Shown here in pieces: positions 14,038-26,293 of a DNA stretch of 64,000 bases. The stretch is from Antedon mediterranea (Eukaryota; Animalia; Echinodermata). The position numbers were made by a program, and so were the translations under genes. Positions within the stretch are counted from its first letter, which is position 1; each line of letters opens with the position of its first letter. A model generated the notes under the pieces. The model saw nothing but the letters and a program-made list of their open reading frames with translations, did not search any database and was not told the DNA's origin. Where the stretch lies: assembly GCF_964355755.1 (NCBI RefSeq), contig NC_092676.1:8285888-8349887 (forward strand), given 5' to 3'.

Positions 14038-17000
14038 CTATGAGAGCAAAAGTAAGCACACAGCAAATGAATGTCAATGATTTTTAGTTTCATTTTAACA
14101 GTGTTCAAACTTGAAGAAAATTTACTATTGTTTGTGTACTTGTTTCTCTTAGATCATAAAGATGGTTTAGAATATTCAAAGATTTTGAAGGTACATTTAA
14201 TTGATAACTATTCTGAATATCAAAATATTATGTGTAGTGTTATATATAATATAAATACACAAAGAATAAGAACATACTATCATGAACTGTAACATTTAAT
14301 CATAATAATTACTTATTAATTTTAATATGTTTATTTTAAATTGAACATAATCTAACATTCAAATTATTAATGTAGATTATTTGACATGATTACTGATAAC
14401 AGCATGCTAAAAATAAAAACTGACAAATTCAATGACAAAATTGAAACTGGTTAAACAACAGTGCCAACATTGTTTTAAAAAAGGTTTTTAAACCTATTAA
14501 AATAGCTGAAAGTTTTTAATGCAAGTTGCCACTGACGTTTTAGACATAAATTGACAAATTATTATATGATAGAACGCCAATAAACAATACATGAATTGAT
14601 TTAATTAACGGATCAATCAAAAGTGTCATGAGGTGTACTACAGTTGAAAATTGACCTCCTGAATGCAGTTGTACGAATTAAATGAAATTCAAATTCTTTT
14701 AAGAATTTAAAAATATTGATTTTCCTTGAAATAATAATAAGAGTAACATTGTGTATGCACACCTGTCATATACTTACAAACGTGTTAAGTTTGTTAATTG
14801 TTCAAAAGTTTTATCTTCGTAATAAAGCAAGCTGTTCCCATATAAAAATCTAAATAATGACAATGATTAGCCATAGTAAATTTTAATTTTAAAAATATTA
14901 ACATTTCAAAATGAAGGGTACTATTACCATGAGTTTAGGTTGTACAGGATGTTAATAACCAAGAGGCTCTTGTACTATAGGATATCATCCTTGTGAAATA
15001 ATGGGTGAAGCCAGAAGGAAAATTGGAATGAATATAATCAATGACAAAAGTACATTGTTGAATGTGTTTTCATTTATAAACTATTTAAACGTACCATTCT
15101 AGCGTTGCAATAAATTAAGTTAAGAATCTTGATGAAAACCTAATACATGTTTACACTTGTTTGCAAAGTTTCTCGTTCAATTCTAGTTGCATTTACATTT
15201 TAGAGTAAATAACTAGCTTTGTAATCCTAATGACAACCTGCAGTTTAAATTATTCCTTAAATAGCTACTTCATGGCATGAGTTATTTAAATTATAAATCA
15301 TATATTAATATTATGAACTTACAAATATGAAAGAGATGAAGCAAAAGAAGAAAATGCACCTGGTTCTATGGTAGTTATAGCATTGTTATCTAAATGCCTG
15401 TTGGGAGATAACCGATATGTATATGGTTTGTTTGTTAATCCTACAAAATTACTATATTATTATTATTCAATTGATTTTAAACAAATCTGTGAAAACAGTG
15501 ATTTACTAATAGACTGGTTATACTACAACAAACAGTGACGTCATTGGATATAAATTAAACAGTACACATTGGATCATATAAGATAAAAAATAACTAAATT
15601 TGTAAAATCAATCAATAAGAATAATTATTATTTAAGCCAAATATTGAATTCTTTCACACCACAACTATTTTAACCAGAAATGTATAATTTTTAACTTACC
15701 ATCAATATTACTATCTAATTTGTTTAATGTCATAATCAAAGTATTGAATTAAACCTTTGTATGATTCCACTGTAAAACTACGCCAATTAAAACATGAAGT
15801 TATTGATGGCGTTATTGTTATAATCTTACAAAAATATTGGTGCTGGTTCAATATTTTATTAAGTTATTTTCTTTATATTTATTTATAATCAATCAATCTA
15901 TAATAATTTATATTAGATGACTACCAAATTATTGGTGCTTGTTCGATATTGTATTAAGTTATTTTCTTTATATTATTTATAATCAATCAATCTATAATAA
16001 TTTATATTAGATGACTACATTTATTTTTTAATTTAACTGTTATTTGTATATGTTGTAAATTCAACAATGCTTTCCTTCTTGCAATCAAGAAAGTTTAATG
16101 AGTAAAATGTATACAACAATGTACAATAGAAAGTAGCTATTTGATGTCAAATTTACTTTTTATAGCAAATTCTATTTATGTTTGTTATTATTATCATCAT
16201 TATGTTTTTAATATTATTATTAAAGATATATTGTCCCTCTGAAAAATATTCAGAGGGACAATTCAGATATTAATAATAAATAATTGATTGATAATGTTAA
16301 ACATTTTACTACTGCCAAGTGGTTTTAAAATGTATACTGTATATATTGATTACATTATGAAATGATAACATTTTAAAAACAAATTAAAGAAGGAAATTAA
16401 TATGAGAAAGATACTTATTACAGGGATGTCAGTGCTGTCAAACTATCAAATACATTGGCTGGCAATGTACTTATTGGGTTTATTGCCCAAATGTCAAGCT
16501 GTTTGATAGGTCAACTTTTATTTTTCATTTTTTAATTAGTTTATAGTCTTTAGTAAAGGGATAGGGACATTATCTAAATAGTAAATGCTATTGAGTATAC
16601 TTTAATTAGACAAAAATAAACTGTTAAAAAAAGAAAATGTTATTCTCATTAATACAATTTTTTTAGCAAATTCTAAATATTTGTTATCTTCTTTAATGTA
16701 TTAATAAAATAATAATTATATATCTTTAAATAATGACCAATTAACAATTAAAATATTTAAAAAATGAATAATTAATATTGATGGTTAATATTTTATTAAA
16801 CCTAAGTTTTAAAAAAGTATATACTGTATGTATTGATCACATTATGAAATTATACAATTAGGAAGTAATATGAATTATTTTATTATGTATTTTTACAACA
16901 AATTAAACAAAGAAATTGTTATGAGCAAAATACTTACAGCCATGTCAGTGCTGTCAATCTATCAAATACATTGGCTGGCAATGTACTTATTTTGTTACCA

Positions 17001-20000
17001 CCCAAATTCCTTAAAAGTAAAAACAATGTACAGTAACAATTACATGCAAGCTGTATATAACTTTTATGTTTTACTTTCAGCCAATGAGACATTATCTACA
17101 TAGTAAATGCTGATGAGTATACTTTAATTAGTATAAATTATGTTAAAATAAGTAAAGTATTATTCTCATTAACACAATTTGTATAACAAATTCTAAATAT
17201 TTGTTATTTTAAAAAACTCTTTAAACCTCTTTAAATGAAGACAAATTTTCAATTATTTATATCTTAAAAAATTGAATAATTTATTGATAATTGTTAAATA
17301 TTTTACTAAAGGTTAGAATCCAAATACCTTCAAAGTAAAAACAATGTACATTAAAAATTACAGTATTCAAGCTGTTTAGAATCTCAACTTTTATTTTTCA
17401 TACACATTTTGAATTATTTGTATAGTCTTTCAGTCAATGATAGAGACATTATCTACATAGTAAATGCTGATGAGCATACTTTAATTAAAGATATATTGTC
17501 CCTCTGAAAAATATTCAGAGGAACAATTCAGATATTAATAATGAATAATTTATTTATAATGTTAAACATTTTACTAATGCCAGGTGGTTTTAACATTTGT
17601 ACTTTATATATTGATTAAATTATGAAATGATAACATTTTAAAAACAAATTAAACAAGGAAATTGATATGATCAAAATACTTACAGCGATATCAGTGCTGT
17701 CAAACTATCAAATACATAGTTTAGTTAAGAGATAGGGACATTATATAAATAGTAAATGCTGATGATACTTTAATTAGGCAAAAATAAACTGTTAAATTAA
17801 GAAAATGTTATTCTCATTAATACAATTGTTTTAGCAAATTCAAAAAATTTGTTATCTTCTTTAATATATTAATAAAATTATATATCTTTAAATAATGACC
17901 AATTAACAATTAAAATCTTTAAAAAATGAATAATTTATATTGATGGTTAATATTTTATTAAACCTAAGTTTTAAAAAAGTATATACTGTATGTATTGATC
18001 ACATTATGAAATTATACAATTAGGAAGTAATATGAATTATTTTATTATGTATTTTTACAAAAAATTAAACAAAGAAATTGATAAGAGCAAAATACTTACA
18101 GATGTGTCAGTGCTGTCAAACTATCAAATACATTGGCTGGTAATGTACTTATTTGGTTACCACCCAAACTCCTTAAAAGTAAAAACAATGTACAGTAACA
18201 ATTACAATATGCAAGCTGTATATAACTTTTATGTTTTACTTTTAGCCAATGAGACATTATCTACATAGTAAATGCTGATGAGTATACTTTAATTAGTATA
18301 AATAAACTATGTTAAAATAAGTAAAGTATTATTCTCATTAACACAATTTGTTTAACAAATTCTAAATATTTGTTATTTTAATAAATCTCTTTAAATCTCT
18401 TTAAATGAAGACCAATTTTCAATTATTTATATCTTAAAAAATTGAATAATTTATTGATAATTGTTAAATATTTTACTAAAGGTTAGAGTCCAAATACCTT
18501 CAATTTAACAATGTACATCAAAAATTACAGTATTCAAGCTGTTCAGAATCTCAACTTTTATTTTTCATACACATTTTGAATTATTTGTATAGTCTTTCAG
18601 TCAATGATAGGGACATTATCTACATAGTAAATGCTATTGAGTATACTTTAATTAAGGCTAAAATAAACTGTTAAAATAAGAAAGTGTTATTCTCATGAAT
18701 GAACTCAATTTGTATGACAAATTATTTGTTATCTTAATGTATTTAATATAATAATTAAATCCCTTTAAATGAAGACCCAATATTATCAATAATATATTTG
18801 TATATTGTATGTATTGATCACATTATCTACATAGTAAATGCTATTGAGTATACTTTAATTAAGGCTAAACTATGTTAAAATAATTAGAATGTGTTATTGA
18901 ACATAATTTGTATAACAAATAATAATGACAATGCATATAACCTAATCATAAACATTTATTTTTCATATACATTTTGATTTTTTTTATAGTCTTTCAGGGA
19001 CACTATCTAAATAGTAAATGCTGATGAGCTTACATTTGTTAGGCAAAAATAAACTGTTACAATTTGAAAAATGTTATTCTCATGAACACAATTTCTTAAT
19101 GTATTTAATAATTTAATAGTTAAATCTTTTTAAATGAATATTAAAATAATAAAGTGTTATTCTCATGAACACCATTTCTATAGCAAATTCTAAATATTTG
19201 TTTTCATATAATAATTATATTAATTAAAACTCTTTAATTAATGACCAATTAACACTTATTACATTATGAAATGATAAAATGCATAATGTTCATTTTTATA
19301 AATTATAGTTTTATTTATTTTGAAAAAAAATTAAACATAGAAATAAATAATTGCAAAATACTTAGGCCTACAGCTTTGTCAGTGTTGAAAAACTATCAAA
19401 TACCATGGGCTGGCAATGCACTTTTTTTTATGTTCATACAGGAATAACAGTGATATAGTGGTTGGGGTTAAGGTATAGAAATTGGTAAAAAAAGAAAGGG
19501 TCATAAGCAAATTGTAAATATTTGTTACATATTAAGTATTTAATAATAATTATTAAATTTCTTTAAATGAAGACCAATTTTCAATTATTTTTATCTTTCA
19601 AAATTGAATAATTTATTGATAATTGTTAAATATTTTACTAATGCTAAGTGATTTTTTAAATATATACTGTATACTGTATATTGATTACATTATGAAATGA
19701 TACAATGCATAATATGCATTGTTATAAATTATTTTATTATCAATTTAAAAAAAAAAATTAAACAAAGAAATTGATATGATCAAAATACTTACAGTCTTGA
19801 CAGTGCTGTCAAACTATCAAATACATTGGCTGGCAATGTACTTATTTGGTTATAGTTCAAATACCTTCAAAGTTAAAACAATGTACAGTAAAAATTACAA
19901 TATGCAAGCTGTATACAACTTTGTTTTACTTTTAGCCAATGAGACATTATCTACATAGTAAATGCTGATGAGAATACTTTAATTAGTATAAACTAGATGG

Positions 20001-23000
20001 TACGCTCGCTTCGCTCGCGTACCATCTAGGTCGTGCCCACAGATGGTTCTCGAATACACAGTAATTTCAGAGTAACAAAACTGGCGATTTCAAATGTACG
20101 TACCGCAGGACTATATACATTGTCGTTTACAGAAACGAATAAATAGACACGATGATTTATGTAGTCAACTAAAATTAGCAACCTGGGAATTACTTCCGAA
20201 GGAGAAACTTATCACAAAATGAGTCCAAGTTTTTGATTTGGACTCATTTAAAGAAACCCAATTTGTGTTTTGTATGTAACATTAGGGTTGAGGGATAGGA
20301 AAGCGAGGTACAAAGAGGAACAATTTTTAAATATATTCTTTATCCACTCAGTAACGAAATATTTTTTTCATGTTTTATAGGCCTATAAATAATATACCTC
20401 TAAATACAGTAAAACATTTGCGATTTAATACTTTTTTTATTTTATTTATTTATTTATTTCTTTTAAATATTCATTGTACACTAATTTTCCCCGTGTATGG
20501 CAAGAGATTCCTAATTATATTAGAGAACATTCTTTATTTAGTTTAGTTAAAACTGTCACTGTCATAATCGATTGAAATATTAAAGTACCATGTCACGATA
20601 CACCACTACGACGTTTATATTTGGTAATTATTAATTAATACAAACGTTGAGAAAGAACTGTCAGTATAAAGTTTATTTGTATATAATAATGTGTTTATAT
20701 ATCTAACAGTAGAGCCTATCCACAATATCGCAAGTTTATTCTGAAAGGGCCCATATATTTACCTACCGTATGTGTTAAACCAAGGGCTCATAAATTTACC
20801 TACAGTACTTGTGTTAAACCAAACTCTGGCAGACTGAGAGATTGGGATGTTTCATTCATCGCAAATCAATAGATTTGTATAATCGTATATTAAATCTATC
20901 AAAATAGTATTTTTTAAAGAAAATCGGCCTGTCTTCAACATTATGATGGTGTACTCTAGCTGTTCAACCGGTTTTCAGCTATTAAAAACAATTATCGTAG
21001 GAGGAGATAGGAAAATGCGAAGCCTCCTCGCATTTTTGTGGCGGGTATTTTTCAAGACGGACATCCATTATACAGTGTATACCACGGTCGGAAAACACCC
21101 CTATTTGGGGCAAATCTTGGAACCTAAATTCGTTTTAACCGTCAATAACTTATTATCTAACTTAATTTAATTAGTAAACAGGGTTACATCAGGTGGTTAA
21201 AATCAGTACCGAGAGTACGAACCAACTTTATATACCATCGAGTAAAAATTCTAGAAGTAAGGCGCGATTTACCGAATTTTGCCCTTACGTAAATTTATAT
21301 ATAGATTTGTTACATATTAAGTATTGAATAATAATAATTAAATTTCTTGAAATGGAGACGAATTTTCAATTATTTTCATCTCTCAAAATTGAATAATTTA
21401 TTGATAATTGTTAAATATTTTACTAATGCTAAAGTGATTTTTAAAATATATACTGTATACTGTATGTTGATTACATTATGAAATGATACAATGATTAATG
21501 TTCATTTTGTTATAAATTATTTTATTATCAATTTAAAAAGAAACTAAACAAAGAAATTGATATGATCAAAATACTTACAGGGATATCAGTTTTGTCAAAC
21601 TATCAAATACATTGGCTGGTAATGTACTTATTTGGTTATAGTGCAAACGCCTTAAAAGTGAAAACAATGTACAGTAAAAATTACAATATGCAAGCTGTAT
21701 ACAACTTTGTTTTACTTTCAGCCAATGAGACATTATCTACATAGTAAATGCTGATGAGTATACTTTAATTAGTATAAATAAACTATGTTAAAACAAGTAA
21801 AGTATTATTCTCATTAACACAATTTGTATAACAAATTCTAAATGTTTGTTATTTTAATATATCTCTTTAAATCTCTTTAAATGAAGACCAATTTTCAATT
21901 ATTTATATCTTAAAAAATTGAATAATTTATTGATAATTGTTAAATATTTTACTAAAGGTTACAGTCTAAATACTTTCAAAGTAAAAACAATGTACATTAA
22001 TCTAATCTGTACAATCTAAACTTTTATTTTTCATGAACATTTTGAATTATTTGTATAGTCTTTCAGTCAATGATAGGGACATTATCTACATAGTAAATGC
22101 TGATGAGCATACTTCAATTAAATAAACTGTTAAAATAAGAAAGTGTTATTCTCATGAATGAACACAATTTGTATGACAAATTATTTGTTATCTTAATGTA
22201 TTTAATTATAATAATTAAATTCCTTTAAATGAAGACCCATTATCAATAATATATTTGTATATTGTATGTATTGATCACATTATCTACATAGTAAATGCTA
22301 TTGAGTATACTTTAATTAAGCAAAAATAAACTATGTTAAAATAATTAGAATGTGTTATTGAACACAATTTGTGTAACAAATAATAATGATTACATTTTGA
22401 TTTTTTTTATAGTCTTTCAGGGACACTATCTAAATAGTAAATGCTGATGAGCTTACATTAATTAGGCAAAACTAAACTGTTAAAATTTGAAAAATGTTAT
22501 TCTCATGAACACAATTTCTTACTGTATTTAATAATTTAATAGTTAAATCTTTTTAAATGAATGTTAAAATAATAAAGTGTTATTCTCATGAACACCATTT
22601 CTATAGCAAATTCTAATATTTGTTTTCATATAATAATTATATTAATTAAAACTCTTTAATTAATGACCAGTTAACAGTTATTACATTATGAAATGATAAA
22701 ATGCATAATGTTCATTTTTATAAATTATATTTTTATTTATTTTGAAAAAAAATTAAACATAGAAATAAATAATTGCAAAATAATTTAGGCCTACAGCTTT
22801 GTCAGTGTTGTCAAACTATCAAATACCATAAGCTGGCAATGCACTTATTTTTTTATGGTCATACAGGAATAACAGTGATATAGTGGTTGGGGTTAAGGTA
22901 TAGAAAGTGTTAAAATAAGAAAGGGTCATAAGCAAATTGTAAATATTTGTTACATATTAAGTATTTAATAATAATAATAATTAAATTTCTTTAAATGAAG

Positions 23001-25273
23001 ACCAATTTTCAATTATTTTTATCTTTCAAAATTGAATAATTTATTTATAATTGTTAAATATTTTACTAATGCTAAGTGATTTTTAAAATATATACTGTAT
23101 ACTGTATGTTGATTACATTATGAAATCATACAATGCATAATATTCATTGTTATAAATTATTTTATTATCAATTTTAAAAACAAATTAGACAAAGAAATTG
23201 ATATAATCAAAATACTTACAGGTATGTCAGTGCTGTCAAACTATCAAATACATAGTTTAGTTAAGAGATAGGGACATTATATAAATAGTAAATGCTGATG
23301 ATACTTTAATTAGGCAAAAATAAACTGTTAAATTAAGAAAATGTTATTCTCATTAATACAATTGTTTTAGCAAATTTAAAAAATTTGTTATCTTCTTTAA
23401 TATATTAATAAAATTATATATCTTTAAATAATGACCAATTAACAATTAAAATCTTTAAAAAATGAATAATTAATATTGATTGGTTAATATTTTATTAAAC
23501 CTAAGTTTTAAAAAAGTATATACTGTATGTATTGATCACATTATGAAATTATACAATTAGGCAGTAATATGAATTATTTTATTATGTATTTTTACAAAAA
23601 ATTAAACAAAGAAATTGATATGACAAAGATACTTACAGTTCTTTCAGTGCTGTCAATCTATCAAATACATTGGCTGGTAATGTACTTATTTTGTTAGAGC
23701 CCAAATGCCTTAAAAGTAAAAACAATGTACAGTAACAATTACAATATTCAAGCTGTTTGATATGTCAACATTTATTTTTCATATACATTTTAATTTTTGT
23801 TATAGTCTTTCAAGGACATGATCTACATAGTAAATGCTGATGAGCTTAAAATATAAAAAATGTTATACAATTTCTTTATAAAATCTAAATATTTGTTATC
23901 ATCTTAATGTATTTAATAATTTAATATTTAAATCTCTTTAAATGAATGTTAAAATAATAAAGTGTTATTCTCATGAACACCATATAGCAAATTCTAAATA
24001 TTTGTTTTCATTTTAACATATTTAATAATTATATTAATTAAATCTCTTTAATTAATGACCAATTAACACTTATTACATTATGAAATGATAAAATGCATAA
24101 TGTTCAGTGTTAAATCTCTTTAAATGAATGTTAAAATAATAAAGTGTTATTCTCATGAACACCATATAGCAAATTCTAAATATTTGTTTTCATTTTAACA
24201 TATTTAATAATTATATTAATTAAATCTCTTTAATTAATGACCAATTAACACTTATTACATTATGAAATGATAAAATGCATATTGTTCAGTGTTGTCAAAC
24301 TACCAAATACATGGGGTGACAATGCACTTATTTATTTATGTTCTAGTCATACAGGTATAGAGTGATATAGTGGTTGGGGTTAGGGTATAGAAAGTGACCC
24401 CACAAAATGAAATTATTTCTGATAACAATAAGTACTAAATTTCAATTGTGCATTATATTTTAATCAATGGGTGCCAATAATAATAATTATATGTATACTC
24501 ATTATTACATATTTTTAAATATATATATTTTAAATTCCATGTTATAGTAGACATACAATGAAATAATTACACTGATAATAACCATATACTTACAATTGTG
24601 TTATTGGAACATGATCATTATACTCGTTGATAGTTGTGATGTTATTAATACTCCATGGAGGACGACATCCCACTTCGTGACGGTCAGCTAGCTGAGTACA
24701 AGTACAATAGGCTGGACATTCTGCTTGTTTAAAGAAAAAGACAACTCAGAGATACGTTTAGGAAAGGGAAAGGGGGGAAATGTATGTATTGTTACAAACG
24801 CAATCTTCCGTCAGTCAGACATGTCTAGCTGTGATAGGCAATTAAACATCAGCTAATAAATTAAATTCACAATCACAAAAACATACAAGTAAATACTGTA
24901 TAGTACTGTAGAATTAAAATTAAATCAGATGTTAAAAGTGAACAAGAGATTTAATTGCCTTTGAATCTTAGTAACAGTAAAGTTTGTAGAGGGTCTACTG
25001 TTAAAAAAGTATAAAAACACAGTATCAAATACCAAACAGCCAATTAATGAAAATAACACACTCGTTGGTATAATCATTATACTGTATTATAGTTATCAAT
25101 GCATAAAGAAAATTGTTAAAAAATGAAGTAATCATATCGGGAAGGGAATTAGAGCTGCTACTATAATACTCACTGACATTGCCACCATCACTATCACTAG
25201 AACAACGAGAACAAGGTAATACAGCCAATATAATAATACAATACAGTAGTATGATTCCTTTCAAGATGAACAT
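13947..25273 (-). CDS. Predicted secreted variable-LRR protein, 274 aa, 10 exons: 25273-25174, 24720-24594, 23708-23637, 21650-21579, 19864-19793, 18171-18100, 17009-16938, 15397-15323, 14849-14778, 14037-13947
   Basis: All introns are GT-AG with compatible phases, giving 825 nt from ATG to TAG without an internal stop. Order: signal peptide MFILKGIILLYCIIILAVLPC, LRRNT CPAYCTC..EVGC, 7 LRRs, cap LDTDCSRLCCL..YCQP. Confidence 0.8.
14778..14849 (-). CDS. 72-bp LRR exon FLYGNSLLYYEDKTFEQLTNLTR(L)
   Basis: TTTAG acceptor, GTAAGT donor, phase 2/2. Confidence 0.8.
15323..15397 (-). CDS. 75-bp LRR exon HLDNNAITTIEPGAFSSFASSLSY(L)
   Basis: CAACAG acceptor, GTAAGT donor, phase 2/2. Confidence 0.85.
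16938..17009 (-). CDS. 72-bp LRR exon NLGGNKISTLPANVFDRLTALTW(L)
   Basis: AG acceptor, GTAAGT donor, open frame, phase 2/2. Confidence 0.85.
18100..18171 (-). CDS. 72-bp LRR exon SLGGNQISTLPANVFDSLTALTH(L)
   Basis: AG acceptor, GTAAGT donor, open frame, phase 2/2. Confidence 0.85.
19793..19864 (-). CDS. 72-bp LRR exon YLNYNQISTLPANVFDSLTALSR(L)
   Basis: AG acceptor, GTAAGT donor, open frame, phase 2/2. Confidence 0.85.
19993..21305 (-). mobile_element. Non-autonomous Helitron
   Basis: Minus strand starts A|TCTATATATA and ends CTAG|T, with the hairpin CTAGATGGTACGC...GCGTACCATCTAG at the 3' end; no TSD. Confidence 0.85.
21579..21650 (-). CDS. 72-bp LRR exon RLHYNQISTLPANVFDSLTKLIS(L)
   Basis: AG acceptor, GTAAGT donor, open frame, phase 2/2. 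Confidence 0.85.
23637..23708 (-). CDS. 72-bp LRR exon HLGSNKISTLPANVFDRLTALKE(L)
   Basis: AG acceptor, GTAAGT donor, open frame, phase 2/2. Confidence 0.85.
24594..24720 (-). CDS. LRRNT exon (K)CPAYCTCTQLADRHEVGCRPPWSINNITTINEYNDHVPITQ(L)
   Basis: Polypyrimidine tract plus CAG acceptor (phase 1), GTAAGT donor (phase 2), CPxxCxC..VxC motif. Confidence 0.85.
25174..25273 (-). CDS. First coding exon, signal peptide MFILKGIILLYCIIILAVLPCSRCSSDSDGGNV
   Basis: AAGATG start, hydrophobic core, and a phase-1 donor CA|GTGAGT that matches the LRRNT exon. Confidence 0.8.
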
Positions 25274-25699
25274 CTTTTTAACTTAATTAACTCGTAATAA
25301 ATTTAATAAACTTTACTTCTGCGAGTCCGCTCAGCATATGAACAATATACTTTGTATATTGCTTTTAGATATTAAACATTTAAATGAAGTACATCACCAG
25401 ATGCAATAATACAATTAAAAATTAAATACTTCATACTATATTGATATTATATAATATTCGTATAAAGCACAAGATTTACAAAACACATGAACTAGTTAAC
25501 TAGGATTGTTGAAATGGGATAATAAACTGAACTACTGACTATGACGTCATGATGTATACTGTACAACCAAATTCATCCATGATTTGTGTTTTTTAGTTTC
25601 ATTAGATATAGGCAGAGTGAGGCTGGGTGTGTCTAGTTTCATTAAAAACTCAGATCTACTAAATGGATCATTTAATTATTATCCAGGGAAGGATTTTTT

Positions 25700-25828
25700 A
25701 TATGTTATTTACCTTTTTAAACGTTATATACCTTTTTAAATGTTATATACCTTTTTAAACGTTACCGTATATACCTTTTTAAATTTTATATACCTTTTTA
25801 AATGTTATATACCTTTTTAAATGTTATA
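25700..25828. repeat. 19-bp minisatellite AATGTTATATACCTTTTTA (left part)
   Basis: About 6 tandem units; the repeat resumes at 32640. Confidence 0.9.
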
Positions 25829-26293
25829 CCGTAAAACCTCGAAAAGAAGCCCAGCTCGAAATGAAGCCCCCTGGGCTTCTTTTCAAGATAGTATGGGCTT
25901 CTTTTCAAGATAGACTACTATACTGTATTAAGAATGTAGGTTTATTAACTGAACGTCAAAGGAACAGAAATAAACAATACAAACACATGATTAAGAGGTA
26001 CTGTAGTAGATAATTTAATGCCATATACTTCAGATGCAGACTGATGATAATAATTAATATGTATGATCGTGTTTATCATACATTTATTTTACAGTTTATT
26101 GTCGTCCAAATGGTGCTTTGAACGCATCTTGTATCTTTTTCTTGTCTACTTCGTTGGCAAATATGTAAAATCGGCAGGGAATTTCCACACCTCCACCAAG
26201 TACCCATTTTCCTTCTGGGGCCGTTTGTTCCATTCCAGTTATCTGGGCTTTAAGCTGCACTACTACCTATCTTTCATCAACGGAGGTATTTAA

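Larger units (their letters stand above)
16200..24390 (-). repeat. Tandem array 2 of LRR exon+intron units (inside the variable-LRR gene)
   Basis: 5 intact 72-bp exons; degenerate exons at about 16422, 19372, 22795 and 24286; half exons at about 17312, 17684, 18482, 21958 and 23220. Confidence 0.9.

Noticed and set aside
1237-21744. Family of plus-strand ORFs MIKILT..NYQIHWLAMYLFG..LANETLST as a small-protein family
   Set aside because: They are antisense shadows of the minus-strand LRR exons plus intron; splice sites and codon conservation support the minus strand.
993-24390. Arrays as plain satellite DNA or a CRISPR-like array
   Set aside because: Units are exon+intron duplications with coding constraint; there is no repeat-spacer structure or cas gene, and the context is eukaryotic.
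25025-25173. Distal part of the 82-aa ORF as a standalone peptide
   Set aside because: A phase-compatible GTGAGT donor at 25173 links the first 33 codons to the LRRNT exon; the rest is probably intron.
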